This document shows positions 14,366 to 27,954 of a stretch of 64,000 bases of DNA, in pieces. The notes under the pieces are model-generated. The model had not been told where the DNA came from and did not search any database. It saw nothing but the letters and a program-made list of their open reading frames with translations. The number at the start of each line of letters is the position of its first letter. The first letter of the stretch is position 1. Origin of the DNA: Eledone cirrhosa. Its lineage: Eukaryota. Made by a program: the position numbers and the translations under genes. Where the stretch lies: positions 184,884,001-184,948,000 of the forward strand of contig OZ024741.1 in the NCBI GenBank assembly GCA_964016885.1, read 5' to 3'.

Positions 14366-14805
14366 AAGTGAAGTTGGGCGTTGTTTGTTTGTTTGTTTGG
14401 TGTCCCGAACTTGCAGGATACACCGTCCATCCGATTTTCATGAAACTTGACACATATATAAAACTCGACTCGTAGATTGGAATAGGCTACTTGAAAACTA
14501 ATCGGGACCCCAGAAGCCAAAAATCGATATTTTCAAACATCGATGAAACTCGACGCAAGTGGGTATTTTTACCTGGGGATGAATGTGGGCTACATTAAAG
14601 TTTCGGAAAATTGATAATTGGATCACCAGAGGCAAAAATCGATATTTACGAAATTTGTCCGATTCCAATGAAATTTGACGTAGCCATGTATTTTGATGCT
14701 GGGATCAACGTGGGGTACATAAAATTTTCAAAAAATCGATAATCGGACACCAGAGGCAAAAATCCGGCAACCGAAAAACGCCATTCTTCTTGCTTCTATT
14801 TGTCC
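13209..14805 (+). repeat. Near-identical 800-bp tandem duplication (13209-14008 / 14009-14805)
   Basis: Both units start AACTCTCGCTGCATAAC; they differ in (TA)n length, a ~9-bp indel and a few substitutions. Confidence 0.95.
13324..13354 (+). ncRNA. Minimal hammerhead ribozyme motif (PLE-type); duplicated at 14124-14154
   Basis: CTGATGA-aa-GGGT-aatg-ACCC-a-GAAAC-ata; stem I weak. Confidence 0.55.
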
Positions 14806-15039
14806 GACTCCCGCCATGCAAAAAACGTTCAATCTATCCGGATTATCCACCGTAAGTCTCTTTAAATTAACGCTCACCATATTCAGCAAACCTTTTATGC
14901 CGATTCTTCTATTTCTTATATAAGGACTATCAAGACTATACCACCGCGAATCCTTCTGTATTGCGCCGTCTTCTCAAGCGATCATCGTTCCTCCATGCGC
15001 TCTCTTCATTCCCGTGGTCCCACTACCGTAGCATAATGA

Positions 15040-16500
15040 GGCATCCGCAAACCCCTGCCCTCTCTCTTCCTTGCACGCCGTCGACCCACTGCATCGTTGT
15101 GCATCACCATGCGCATCTCTGCCTTGTCAGCCGCAATTCATTCCCCGGCCCTTTCCATTACCTTCCCTCCGTGGTCCCTAAGGACTGCCACGCCTCAACA
15201 TGCCGAATCCCTGCCACCGTCCACCCCTGCCTATTTCCATTGCCTACACTCCGGGAGAGCTCAAGACTTCCATGCCTGACCAAGCCGCATCCCTGCCACC
15301 GTCAAACCCTGCCCTCTCTCTTCCCTGCACGCCGTCGTCCCACTGCATCGTCATGCCTCACCATGCCGCATTACTGCCCTGTCGACCACCATCCCCTCCT
15401 CAGCCCTTTCTTTTGCCTGCCCGCCGTGCTCCTTCAAGACTGCCATGCCTAACCAAGCCGCATCCCTGCCACCATCAAGTCCTGCCCTCTCCCTTTCCTG
15501 CACGCCGTCGTCCCACTGCATCGTCATGCCTCACCATGCCACATCCATGCTCTGTCAGCCACCATACCCTTCCCTGCCCTCTCCCTTACCCGCACGCCTT
15601 GGTCCTTCACGAGTGCCATGGCTCACCATGCGGAATCCCTGCAACCGTCAATCCAGGCCATCTCCCTTCCATGCTCACCGTCGACCCACTGCATCGTTAT
15701 GCCTCACCATGCCGCATCCATGATCTGTCAGCCGCCATCCCCTCCTCAGCCTTTTATTTTGCCTGCCCGCTCAAGACTGCCATGCCTAACCAAGCCGCAT
15801 CCCTGCCAGCGTCAACCCCTGCCCTCTACCTTTCGCACGCCTTGGTCCCTCACGACTGCCATGGCTCACCATGCGACATTCCTGCCCTGTCAGCAACTTG
15901 CTCAAATGTCATCAGCATGGTTTATTCCTGCGCCACACATAATCGCCTATTATCTCAGACCAAAGACAGCACCAAACATGAAGACGATCCTGTACATTCA
16001 TTTTGACCATATTTAACAAAATTAAATAAAAATTCACCCCTTTCTCCTCCAAAGCCTCCCGATCATGTATGGCCGATAAACATCCTGCCTTGCACCCGGT
16101 TTTCTCAAACAATCATCGCCCCCCCCCCCCCCCCGGTGCTCTCTACATTCCCGAGGTGCAACTCAATTGGCATGCCTCATCCACGCCCTGTCAGCCGCAA
16201 TGGACCCTGCCCTTTCGTCATGCCTCATCATGTTGCATCCCTGCCCTGCCAGCCGCCATCCACTCCCCGACCCTTTCCACTGCCTAGGCCTGGCAGTCTT
16301 GAGGGACCAAGTCGCATCCCTGCCACCGTCAACCCCTGCCCTCTCCGTTCCCTGCACGCCGTCGTCCCACTGCATCGTCATGCATCACGATGCCGCATCC
16401 ATGCACTGTCAGCCAGAATCCCCTCCTCGGCCCTTTCTTTTGCCTGACCGCCGTGCTCCTTCAAGACTCCCATGGCTAGCTATACCGCCTCAATTCCTTG
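15040..16500. repeat. GC-rich degenerate minisatellite inside the Helitron
   Basis: Recurrent 'ccctgcacgccgtcgtcccactgcatcgtcatgcctcaccatgccgcat' and 'caagccgcatccctgccaccgtcaa' blocks. Confidence 0.85.
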
Positions 16501-18067
16501 CCACCCGCTTAAACGTCATCAGCATGGCTTATTGTTTCCCCATTTGACCACGGATTTTCGCATGCTAAACACAATACCAACGTGCACGATAGTCCATGGT
16601 AAATTTGTTTAATTACATGTTGATCATGCTAAGCAAAGGATGAATAGCAACTCTTTCATTTCTCCTGGCATGCCTTTCTGTCAATTATGGCCGAGAAGCA
16701 ACCTGTGTAGCATCACGTCTTCTCAAGCGATCAGCGTGCCTTCCACTGTCTTCACGATTGACTCACAACGCCGCATCTATTCCCTGCGACGCTCCTAAAC
16801 ATCATCAGCATTGCTTATTTTTCTGCCGCGTTTAACCATCCTCATTCTAGGCCATAAACAATAAAACCACACGATGATGCTGCGTAGGTCTATTTAAATT
16901 AATGGTCAACATGTTCAGCAAAACAATTGTACCAATTCTTCCTCTTCACTTCCAAGGCAGATCCATTACATCTTAGAGGTCGGGATTCGCAATTTCTACG
17001 ATGTCAATATTGACACAACAGTCCGTCAGGTTTTTCGGCACATGTTGCTCCGATAGGAATATCAACGTGATTTTCACTTAATTCGTAAGTGTTCAGTCTT
17101 CCGTATGCTTTTATTTTTTATTGATACAACACCGACTAGAATCATCTGACATCACTTTGTAGGATAGACGCGATTCACAAGGAAAACAATCCTCTGCTAT
17201 ACAACCCCACCAAATTCTTTGGTCTAGCTAGATTTCAATGGCTATATCCTTTGATTGTGTACGGTTGTACATTTGACAATGTCGCTAACATTATTCCACT
17301 TGATTCTTGCCTTTCAGCTATGAATTGGGCAGTGCCTTAAAATCCCGGTTTATTTGCGTGCAATTTTTTGGTATCTTATGAATGGAGAATCGAAAACCCT
17401 TTTTCTCATAACCTGATACATGCGTTACACATGCTCCATGGATGTTTGTGGACTATTTTTTCAAAATACCAATATTACAGATTGGAACACAAAAAGAAAC
17501 GTGTGTTCTTCATTTATTTCGGTTAAAGCATCCTGCTGGAATTTAGCGCAGACCCGTTTAAATCCAGCGCCTTATAACCCCGAGTGTAACCGGGTACACC
17601 AGCTAGAAAGACAAATGGAAACATTGTTTCCTCGGTCCAATTTGATGAAAGTCGATTTAGTTCCACAGCAAATTAACAAACCATACTTGAAGAAACGTTG
17701 AGGCTGTTGCAAAGGGCAATAACCCTAGACACAATTTTGATCAACTTTTTTTCACCTTTAGCAAATTTACCGGGACAGGTTTTTAGCTACTCAAATCTGT
17801 GCCAGAGGTCACGCATTCATGTAAAAAATCAATATAACAAGGCAAAGTTGCACATGGGAAAACTTTTTACAGGAGCGTCCGATTTTTTTGAAACCTGTCG
17901 CAAAAGACTCGCCATTATACTGCGGTTCAGATAAAGTCCCTTTGTAAAAGAAAACAAATAAACTGCTTTAAAAATCAACTGAAAATTCAATTTCAAGTGA
18001 ATTTGACTTCCGTCAGTCGTGCAAAGAACAATTTCAACGATACACTGTCAACCTACAATTGATCCAT

Positions 18068-18445
18068 TGTGGATTGTCAGAATCGGTGGAGGGTCGGACG
18101 CCATGCTTTCCAGCATAGTTACGTCCCTTTACGATCTGAGTTCAAATCCCGCCGAGGTTGACTTTGCCTTTCATCCTTACGGGGTCGATAAAATAAAGTA
18201 CCAGTAATGCACTGGTTAATTGCTGGCCTTGTGCCTAAAGTAGAAACAATTATTCATGCGGGATTGGCAGTATCGGTAGAGGGTCAGACGCCATGCTTTG
18301 ACGCATTGAGTTACGGCCTTTGCCATTCTGAGTTCAAATCCCGCCGAGGTTAACTTTGCCTTTCATCCTTGCGGGGTCGATAAAATAAAGTACCGGTAAT
18401 ACACTGGGGTAATAGCTGGCCTTGTGCCAAAAATAGAAACAATTA
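18068..18445 (+). mobile_element. Head-to-tail SINE dimer (subtype A then B) inserted in the Helitron
   Basis: Units ~18068-18253 and ~18258-18445; the homologous Helitron site at ~23765-23795 lacks them. Confidence 0.9.
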
Positions 18446-18687
18446 TTTATGCTCAATTACACACCTGCGTCTACTAACCTCTGTTTTTTTCCTTGAGGTT
18501 CGAAGGTTTTTGCACCTGTGATTCGCGGGAAGTAACTTTCACACATGTTCACAACAGAGCAAAGGTCGACTTCCACCCGGGCAACGTCGGGTACTTCTGC
18601 TAGTATATATATATATACATATATGTATATATATATATATATGTGTGTGTGTGTGCGTGTGTGCATGTGCGTGTGTGTGTGTACCAA

Positions 18688-18743
<56 letters not shown>

Positions 18744-19093
18744 GCTATGTGTGAGTGTATTTATAGAATCCATCGAAATTCTTTACCCACGACCATACAA
18801 GAGCATTATCAAGATTCGTTTAGAATTAAAGGTCTTCCCAATTGTAATTATGTCGAAAGCTAATATGTAGCTTGTTATGAAAAATATAACCCTCTCGTTG
18901 CTTCTTCTGTATCATCCATTTCAATTTCCCTCTTATAAGAATTTCAATTTCTGTGCAATGTTCTAATTTAATTATGTACATTCATTCACTTAGGTCAGAC
19001 GAAATTTACAAGGGAATGGGTTCTTAAATCGGGTTAACTTTTTTTATATTTTATATTCCTATATTCATGCACACCCGTATATGTATTGGTGTG

Positions 19094-19159
<66 letters not shown>

Positions 19160-19199
19160 AATATATAAATATAAATATATATATATATGTATATATATA

Positions 19200-19251
<52 letters not shown>

Positions 19252-19509
19252 TATATATATATATATATATAAAGGTGAAAGCAGCGATTCTTTACTTAAA
19301 CTTTAATTTGTTATTTTAATAAATATATATATATATATATATAAATATATATATATATATTGTTATACTTTGGGGGGGTCATGTTGCCAATAAGAAACAC
19401 ACGCACCAGTTGCTTATTGGCAACATGACCCTCCCAAAGTATAACAATATCGGTTTCAACACACGATTTCAGATAAAGAATCTTGCTAAACAAATTCAGA
19501 AACGATATC

Positions 19510-19860
<351 letters not shown>

Positions 19861-19896
19861 ATATCGTTTCTGGATTTGTTTAGCAAGATTCTTTAT

Positions 19897-19933
<37 letters not shown>

Positions 19934-19937
<4 letters not shown>

Positions 19938-20076
19938 TTTTCGGTGCGCCCGACCGATTAACTCACTCGTTATGCAAATTAGGGTGCTCAGCCGTTAATA
20001 TGCATGAGGAAAGTATATACTTCCAGACGTTCAACCATCTGACAGGAAGATATACGATGCTGACGATAGCTAATAA
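19934..20076 (+). repeat. Repeat family X; copies at 33087-33238 (-) and 34448-34599 (+)
   Basis: 'atcgttttcggtg.gcccg.ccga...gatgctgacgatagctaataa' is collinear in all three copies. Confidence 0.8.
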
Positions 20077-21479
20077 ATTTTAAAAAACTCAATTTAAAAA
20101 AACTCAATGATTCTACAGATAACCTTATATTTAGTATAGAAATTTACCTTACGTATATTTTATTTTATTTTATTTTATTTTATTTTATTTATTTTATTTT
20201 ATTTCATTTTTTTAAATCTTTAAATTATTTTTATTTATTTGTTTTGATTATGATAGCTTCTCATAACATTCATATGTCTACCCTTTCAATATCTTGATTG
20301 AAATATACGTAGGATAAATTTCTATACTAAATATATAAAACATATTATTTTAACTTAAGATACTCTATAGTGTTTTAAAGATATTTAATGCTTTGATATT
20401 TCTAGATTTCTTTTGTCTATACTGATATAGCTGCATTTCCAAAATGTACTCCTTTGGTATTTTAAATTTATTTTGTTATGGTTATGTTTACAAGTTATAA
20501 TCCTTTAGTAATATATTGATATTTGATTATCTCTATGAAAATGAATATGTGTATATTAACATGCATAAAAAGTGTTATAGATTTGTTTGTGTCTATATAT
20601 GTCTGTATATATACATGAGTGATGCGTGACGACGCACGCAAATATTTATTTATACATATGTATGTGTATATATGTATGTGTATTTATCTATGTGGTTGGG
20701 AGGTATGTTGCAGATATGCATAATATTAAACACATGAATGGTAATCGCATATATGAGGACATGAATGTTAATCGTATATATTTGTATATATATACTGTGA
20801 AATTTTTATAACACAGAGAATGTATAGCAGTGATTAAGAGAAATCATTTACGTTTTGTATGGCTATAATTGTATGGCATAATTTCTATTTTCAGGACGTG
20901 CGTATCTATATGTATATATATATACATATATATTTGTATGTCTTTGCATAAAATACTGATCTCTATAGCAAGGGTACATTTTTGAACTCAGATATTGATA
21001 TATTGATCTCAAGTTTCTAAACTAAACATATAGTCATTATTGAACAATGTTTAATTTTTCATATTATATATATATGTCCCATTCATGAATATTGATACTT
21101 ATATTTTTATTATTCATTTCATATAAATTGTTAACTCAACTTAATATGACATGACGTATAGTTTTCATTGCCCCTCCCCCCTATCTCTATATAGTATTTC
21201 TCTCTCTTGAGTTTTTCTCTCTGTATGATGACTTGACATCTCTCTGTTGCTTTCCTTTTTTTTCTTATTTCTTCCTTTTCTTTCTTTTTTATTTTTTATA
21301 TTTTATTTCCTCCAATCTTTATTTATCTCTTTCTTTTCTCCATACATTTCTCTCTCTCTCCGATATTTATCCAGATTTTCTTTCTTTCTCTCTCTCCGTC
21401 TTTGGTCTTCTTTCTCTCTCCGTCTTTTTTCTTTTTCTTTATCTCCGTCTTTTTCTAATTGTGCTTAACACTATGACTT

Positions 21480-21774
21480 ATTAAAACAATATAAATAATT
21501 CACTATCCAGACAGCCTCCAAAAGTAATGGTTGTATTTTAAAAGGGTACGTCAAAGCTATTTGTAAAACTGTTATATATTGTATTTTATCTGATGAAGGC
21601 ATACCATAATTTAATATGATATCCCTAAAATATGTATAATGAAATAAATATGGTTTTATAAATATAGTTTCCATCTATTAATATCGTATATCTACTCCAA
21701 AAACTTGTCGAGTGCTTTATATCAGTTATAAAAATATTTACTTGTTGTATCCCAACAACTTTAAATAGATCTTT

Positions 21775-21778
<4 letters not shown>
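21480..21778 (+). mobile_element. Decayed PLE pLTR-like segment with degenerate hammerhead (21582-21646)
   Basis: tattttat-CTGATGA...aaaa-tatgtata-atgaaata; same architecture as the intact motif at 55960-56030; ends at (TA)n. Confidence 0.45.
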
Positions 21779-21851
<73 letters not shown>

Positions 21852-21914
21852 ATATATATATATATATAAGAAGAAGACTGCTATTAATATGATTATTGTA
21901 CATATACATATACT

Positions 21915-23626
21915 ATAGCGATCTCTTACATGGACAGCCTCGAGCGCAAGGCACTCAACGCCTGCCACCCCAACGCCGTCGCCTTTTTCTCAAGGTACGT
22001 GGACGATATCCACATCTTCCCAAGACATGGCGAACAGAATCTATGAGACGTTCAACAACACGGACGAGAACATTGACTTCAGTGTTGAACACCCCAACGA
22101 CGACGGGTCACTTACCCTCCTCGACTTCCGAATCAACATCACAGAACAGGGAGGGATCCACTGCAACTTCTACCGAAAGGCAGCCTGTATGAACCTGTTC
22201 GTACACTACAAGTCCTCCCTCCATAACAGTGGCAAAAGATGATACATCACGAACGAGATCGCGCGAATCAAAAACAGATGCAGCGATCCCGCGAGTGGTG
22301 TCACTCATACCAAGTGAATCCTCAAGGTGCTGGAGACGAACGGGTACCCTACGTCGCTCACAGACAGAGTAGGAGACACCAGACATAAGAGACAGAGAGG
22401 CACCCAAGGCAATTGCCTCCTTAAAATGCCACACCTGGGCGAGAATACCACCAACACTATCCGCAAGGCTATACGGAGGGAGGGCCTCGATATCCACCTG
22501 GCCCACGCGGGCCCCTCCCTGCGAAGATGCCTCTCTAGGAAACCCGGGAAATTAACTGACGCGTGCTCCCTCAGAGACTGCCCGATGCGTCATGCGAACT
22601 GTTGCCTACGCACATACGTCGTGTATAAGATAGAATGTAACAAGTGCAACCAATACTATATAGGTAGCACAATCCGGCCGTTGCACATCCGGATCAAAGA
22701 ACACACTAAAACCAGGGCCTCGTCTTTTCGGAAAAACATAGCCAAATGCGGAAACAAAGACGGAAGGCCCATTGTCACAATTCTAGCGACAGAAAGAAAC
22801 GTCGGCACGTTACGTATCAAGGAAGCACTTTGGATCAAACGCCTAGGGCCACAATTAAACAACCGATCCGAGAGAACGAAATGAGGTGGTTGGTTTAAGT
22901 TAACAAACGATGCAGCAACACACGCACACACACACTCAAGCGAGACAGCAACACACGCACACACACACACAAGCGAGACAGCAACACACGCACACACACA
23001 CACAGTAGCATTCAACCATACGAACATACTATGCTTCCAATACAGAGGAACAAGGCAACAACACACGCACATACACACACTCAAGCGAGACAACAACACA
23101 CGCACACACACAGTATCATTCACCAAACAGGCAGAGCATGGACTGACAGCTAGCCTCACCCCACTCCCACAATTGAAACAACTACTTCGGCCGCTGACCT
23201 CTGCCTGACCGACCCCATAATACGCGCACGCGCGCTCTGCTGAATACCTCAGATATTCAAAACAACGAACAGTGGAGGACACGTTTCGCACCTTTCCGAC
23301 AGACAACCTTCCCTCTCCCCGGAAAAAAAACCCAGTTGATGGATGTGAATCCGAAATATATAGGGACAATTAAATCTCTCCCAAGGTAACGCTTTTTCGT
23401 GTTGTTATTTTTATTTTTATCCTTTACGCTCTTTCCTTCATTCCTTTACACGTTACAGTCTTATACACGCCACGCATCTCAACGTACACCCACTTACATC
23501 TCTCTCTCCACCACCGGATCTTGTTACCCGGAGATTTACCCATCTGCATTGTCGAGGCTTCCAAACAACTTAAAGAAATTTACCTTATTATTCCACAATG
23601 CTTCAAGCAGACTTCAATACTCTCTT
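21915..23626 (+). mobile_element. 5'-truncated Penelope-like element (RT C-terminus, GIY-YIG and 3' UTR) between (TA)n tracts
   Basis: FFSRYVDDI (~21985-22010); CCLRTYVVYKIECNKCNQYYIGSTIRPLHIRIKEH; decayed hammerhead ~23331-23365; related to the 53614 element. Confidence 0.9.
22327..22884 (+). pseudogene. PLE GIY-YIG endonuclease domain
   Basis: VVY..C..C..YIG.T.R...R.KEH and LRIKEALWI...PQLN motifs; upstream RT is frameshifted. Confidence 0.85.
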
Positions 23627-23647
23627 ATATATATATATATATATATA

Positions 23648-26085
23648 TTGCCCGGGTGTAAGTCGACCTTTGGTCTGTTAGAATGTGTGAAAGTTACTTC
23701 CCGCGCATCACAGGTTCAAAACTTCGAACTTCAATGGAAAAAAATAGGTTAGTAGACACAGGTGTGTAATTTATTAATTGTAGTTACACAGTGTATCGTT
23801 GAAATTGTTCTCTGCACGACTGACGGAAGTCAAAATCGCTTGATATTGAATGTTCAGTTAATTTAAAGCAGGGTGAAAATGACGATTACTTTCAGGGTTT
23901 TTTTCTTTTACAATTTTTGCGCTCACATGTGCAGAAGAAGAATTAAAAGCGCCTTTATCTTAACCGCGGCATAATGGCGAGTCTTTTGTGACAGTTTTCA
24001 AGAATATAGGACGTTCCTGTAAAAAGTTTTCCCATGTGTAACTTTGCCTTGTTTTTTTGCGCAAAGTCGAGCCCCGCTTCAGTTTTATTGATTTTTTACA
24101 TCAATGCCTGATCTCTGAAGTAGATCGGTAAATTTGCTATAGGTTAAAAAAAGTTGATCAAAATTGTATCTAGGGTTATTGCCCTTTGCCACAGCCTCAA
24201 GCCTCGTCTGACGGGATGTTGGTGATTCCTCCGTCAGCGCTTGTTGGCGACGAAGGCGAACATCAGCAAGCCTTGTCGTACGTGATGTTGGTGACTCAAC
24301 CAGCCGGGAAAGACGTCTATCAGCGAGTCGAGATTCGCGCTCAGCGGGTGTTTCCTAGAGAAAATTAATTAATTCTACTGGTTAGCTAAGCCAATGGCAG
24401 TGTCAATAGTAAATGAGAAAAGTCTAACATGAACAAAAGGGAATCAAGGTAAGACAATTAATTTAATATAACTACGATTAGTTGCTTAAAAGTGGTGACA
24501 GTTAGGATAAACGCAGTACTTGCTAACATTAAGGGAGAATATTGCATAAAGGATTAATCAATTGTGAATGAACTCATACCTGAGAACGCCTAATTCGTTG
24601 TCTCAAAGCAATAGCTGTACCTTTTTTGGAGGTAAGTCTTGAACGTTTCCGTGTGGGCATAACGACGTGTAACGAAGCTGTTAGGTTAGAGAGAGGTGAT
24701 TAAATACAGAGAGAGATGACACCAGATTCGTTAGCATGGTTACTGGTGAATGGGAAGGTTTGGAAATATGATTACAATAACTTACCCAATTTTCCCGTCT
24801 ATAAATTGCACTTAAAATAATTAAATTTAATAAAACTCCGATGAGCCTTATGTATAAATAATACAATGGTAATCAATCACGGCTCTAACAGAAGTAATAG
24901 ATCTAGACTAAAAGTAAAGAAGATAGCATTTTCTGGTTGGCCTTACACGCCGTTGCGCGGACCTGATTTTAAATGATACGCCTTATATCCTGGTGAGCCT
25001 TATAGAGCGGAAAATATCTATTGGAAAAGAATACGAATTCATGACCAAGGTGTGACAAAATAGGCGTCTATACAGCGCCTGAAACAAACTTGTCCAAAAC
25101 CCTAGGATTTTTCTCGTTAAGTATCCACCCAAAAGGAACCGTTTTTTAGTTACAAAAAATAACCAAAGTGTATAGTAGCTATATTTCTGACAAATCATGC
25201 CAAAAAGAACAATATATTCAAAAAATGTTCTAAAGTACATTCAATCTCTCTTTTTGACCGATATCTTAATAAGCAAGTTATCGATGTTTTATTGGCTGTC
25301 AGTGTCTATCTGCATGCAGGTGTGCACGTGTGCGCAATTAATTGCAAATACGCTCATAACATTTAGTCGTAAGCAGAACAAAAACTGCCATTAGAGGTGG
25401 GCTAATAATGAAGACACAAACCCTGGTGAACTTACGTTTAAACACCCGAAAAGTTACTCACTTCCTGTGCAAAAGACTGTATTATAAATTAAGTAATTTT
25501 TTAGAATCTTTTGTTTAAAAAAGGAAAACATTGGTACGACGTAAATTTTTTTACTTGTATTGTATGTGTACAACACAACTTGGTCAACGTATTATTTAGT
25601 AATTTTTTTTTCAAAAAGCATGATTATTTAAGACTGTTTGAAAATGTACTCACAGCTTTTAGGTTCACAAAAGACACCATTAAATTTGGTTCCCTTTTCA
25701 GATAGGGATAATACTGTATTTCCACTTGAATAAGGTGGAATATGAAAAGATAAACTCTTTAATGGTCGGTAGTTTACTGAGACAGCTGGGAAGACATGCA
25801 GCTGGCCGTCCAATCAATAACGCACGTCCTTATATGGGCATATGAAATTTATTTTTATTGCGCCAGATGTAAACTAAGAGTTCTTGTGTTCGAATTCACA
25901 AACAATTTCATTGGAATCGAAAAACATTCTGTCATAGGGCCCGATTATCGATTTTTCGAAAATTTCAAGTAGCCTATTCCACTCTACGCGTTGAGTTTTA
26001 TATATGTGTGAGGTTTCATGAAAATTGGATGAACGGTGTAGCATGTAAGTTCGGTACACTAAACAATGTCCATCTTCCCTTTATA
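23648..26085 (-). mobile_element. Second non-autonomous Helitron of the same family as 14360-18603, with truncated 3' hairpin
   Basis: 23648-23770 is a diverged reverse complement of 18455-18584, 23785-24200 of ~17695-18060, and 25962-26085 of ~14360-14495. Confidence 0.8.
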
Positions 26086-26225
26086 TATATATATATATAT
26101 ATATAAAGGGAAGATGGACATTGTTTAGTGTACCGAACTTGCATGCTACACCGTTCATCCAATTTTCATGAAACCTCACACATATATAAAACTCAACGCG
26201 TAGAGTGGAATAGGATACTTGAAAT
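25962..26225. repeat. Inverted repeat of the Helitron 5' end around a (TA)n centre
   Basis: Arms 25962-26085 and 26102-26225 with about 2 mismatches. Confidence 0.95.
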
Positions 26226-26306
26226 ATATATATATATATAAGTATGCATGTATGTATACGTACATGCATACTTACATTTAAGTAACTGCCGTACTAAGAG
26301 TGAGAA

Positions 26307-26344
<38 letters not shown>

Positions 26345-27178
26345 GCACGTTTTCTATGCCCTCCGGTGTTCCCTTTGCGTGTCTTTATATATCGGACAAA
26401 CGGGACGCCGTGTGTTGGACCATTTTGCCGATCATTTGAGGGACATCACACTCGGTTTGGATACTCCTGTCGCCCGTCATTTCTGTTCTCCTGGTCATTC
26501 TTCCCTACATGTTTCAGTCCTGGGTGTTCTTTTACATCATGGATCACAGGCCTCGCGCACCAGGACTGAACAAAGTCTGATTCACCGTTTGAGTCCTATT
26601 CCCCCCTTGGACTCAACTCACCTCCCCAATTTCTCTAATACATCGTCCATTATCACACCCCTAGATTCCTATCGCTTTCTCTTTGCTCAGCTTCGTACTT
26701 ACATGAACACTCACTCTTTTACTCACATATACACACATATCTCTTCTTAACTTCATACACATATATAATAACACACACACACACACACACAACACACACA
26801 CACACACACACACACACTTATGCTTACGCACGGTCACATGTATAGCTCTACATACAAAATGGTTTATGTTCCCTTTCAGGTAGACGCGCTCCATCATCCA
26901 CTTTTCTAAAAAAAACGTATATTATATACTAAACACCAGCGTCAACATTTTTCAAAGAGATTTCAACAAATATGGACGTGTTATTTTTCTGCAAAAACAT
27001 GTTTTCCAATTCCACCCTGCCCGTTCATTCAATCTTTCTAATTTCTCATTCTTTTTTCTGATGAAGGACTAGCGTCTGAAACATTAAGACCCTCTTCCTA
27101 CTATATCAAGCGTTAATCTAATATATACCTTCCATATACTGTACAGATTGTGTTGTTATTTCTGTTTACCTTTTACAT
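26345..27178 (+). mobile_element. Neptune-type PLE 3' fragment (GIY-YIG remnant plus 3' UTR with hammerhead)
   Basis: LYIGQTGRRVLDHFADHLRDI...PVARHFCSPGHS...RTRTEQSLIHRL; flanked by (TA)n. Confidence 0.85.
27058..27089 (+). ncRNA. Minimal hammerhead ribozyme motif
   Basis: CTGATGA-a-GGAC-tagc-GTCT-GAAAC-att, in the PLE 3' UTR. Confidence 0.65.
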
Positions 27179-27234
27179 ACATATATATATATATATATAT
27201 GAAGAGGACTATTATTTAAAGGTTCCCACGCCTT

Positions 27235-27311
27235 TCTTCTTCTTCTTCTTCTTCTTCTTCTTCTTCTTCTTCTTCTTCTTCTTCTTCTTCTTCTTCTTCT
27301 TCTTCTTCTTC
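27235..27311. repeat. (TTC)n microsatellite
   Basis: Direct inspection; source of the poly-E ORF. Confidence 0.95.
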
Positions 27312-27834
27312 TAATTCATCCCCCCTCTCCTCCTTCTCCTTATCATCATCATCATCATCATCATCGACGATAACACCCAGTTTCTCTCGTTTTTCAATCC
27401 TTTTCATATAGTATAAATATGCTTCTATTTTTGCATATTTTTAAATTCTATTTGATATATTCTTTGCTCCAACTGTAGGAACATAAAGTTCTGTTGTAAA
27501 ACTCCTGTTCAAAATCATGCTGAAAATCTGCTGCAATCTATATCAGAAAACATCGTATCACACACTCAACAACTGAGGAACAATAGTCATGGCCTTCGTT
27601 ATATGGTGATGTCAAGAGATTAGGAGAGGAAATCACAATGATAGTCGATGCATCCAAGCCCAATAATTTTGACGCAATAAAGAACGAACTTCTCATGGAC
27701 ATTTTCAGAGTTGATGAATAAAAGCTTTGTTGGGGGCCAGACATCTGAACACTTATATAAGAAACGCTAGGAAAACAAGAAGAAAATATATTTCACCCCG
27801 TTCCATGCACACATGTAGACACACACACGCACAA

Positions 27835-27954
<120 letters not shown>

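Larger units (their letters stand above)
14360..18603 (+). mobile_element. Non-autonomous Helitron (~4.2 kb) inserted in (TA)n; its 5' end is also duplicated at ~13572-14008
   Basis: 3' hairpin CCCGGGCAACGTCGGG (18576-18591) then CTAG|T; 5' end 'tataaagtgaagttggg..gtttgtttgtttg..ccgattttcatgaaactt'; both ends shared with the element at 23648-26085. Confidence 0.8.

Noticed and set aside
14961-16547. Long Pro/His/Cys-rich ORFs such as 15200-16006
   Set aside because: Several overlapping frames are open because the C-rich minisatellite lacks stops; no recognisable domain.
22656-23369. 237-aa minus-strand ORF and similar antisense ORFs over PLEs and LINEs (22108, 54480, 59667, 60564)
   Set aside because: Shadow frames of transposon coding sequence and (TG)-rich UTR repeats.
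27478-27745. Coding-looking segment; one minus frame reads CLAPNKAFIHQL, reminiscent of a dual-specificity phosphatase motif
   Set aside because: A stop follows immediately, all frames are interrupted, and there are no supporting motifs.
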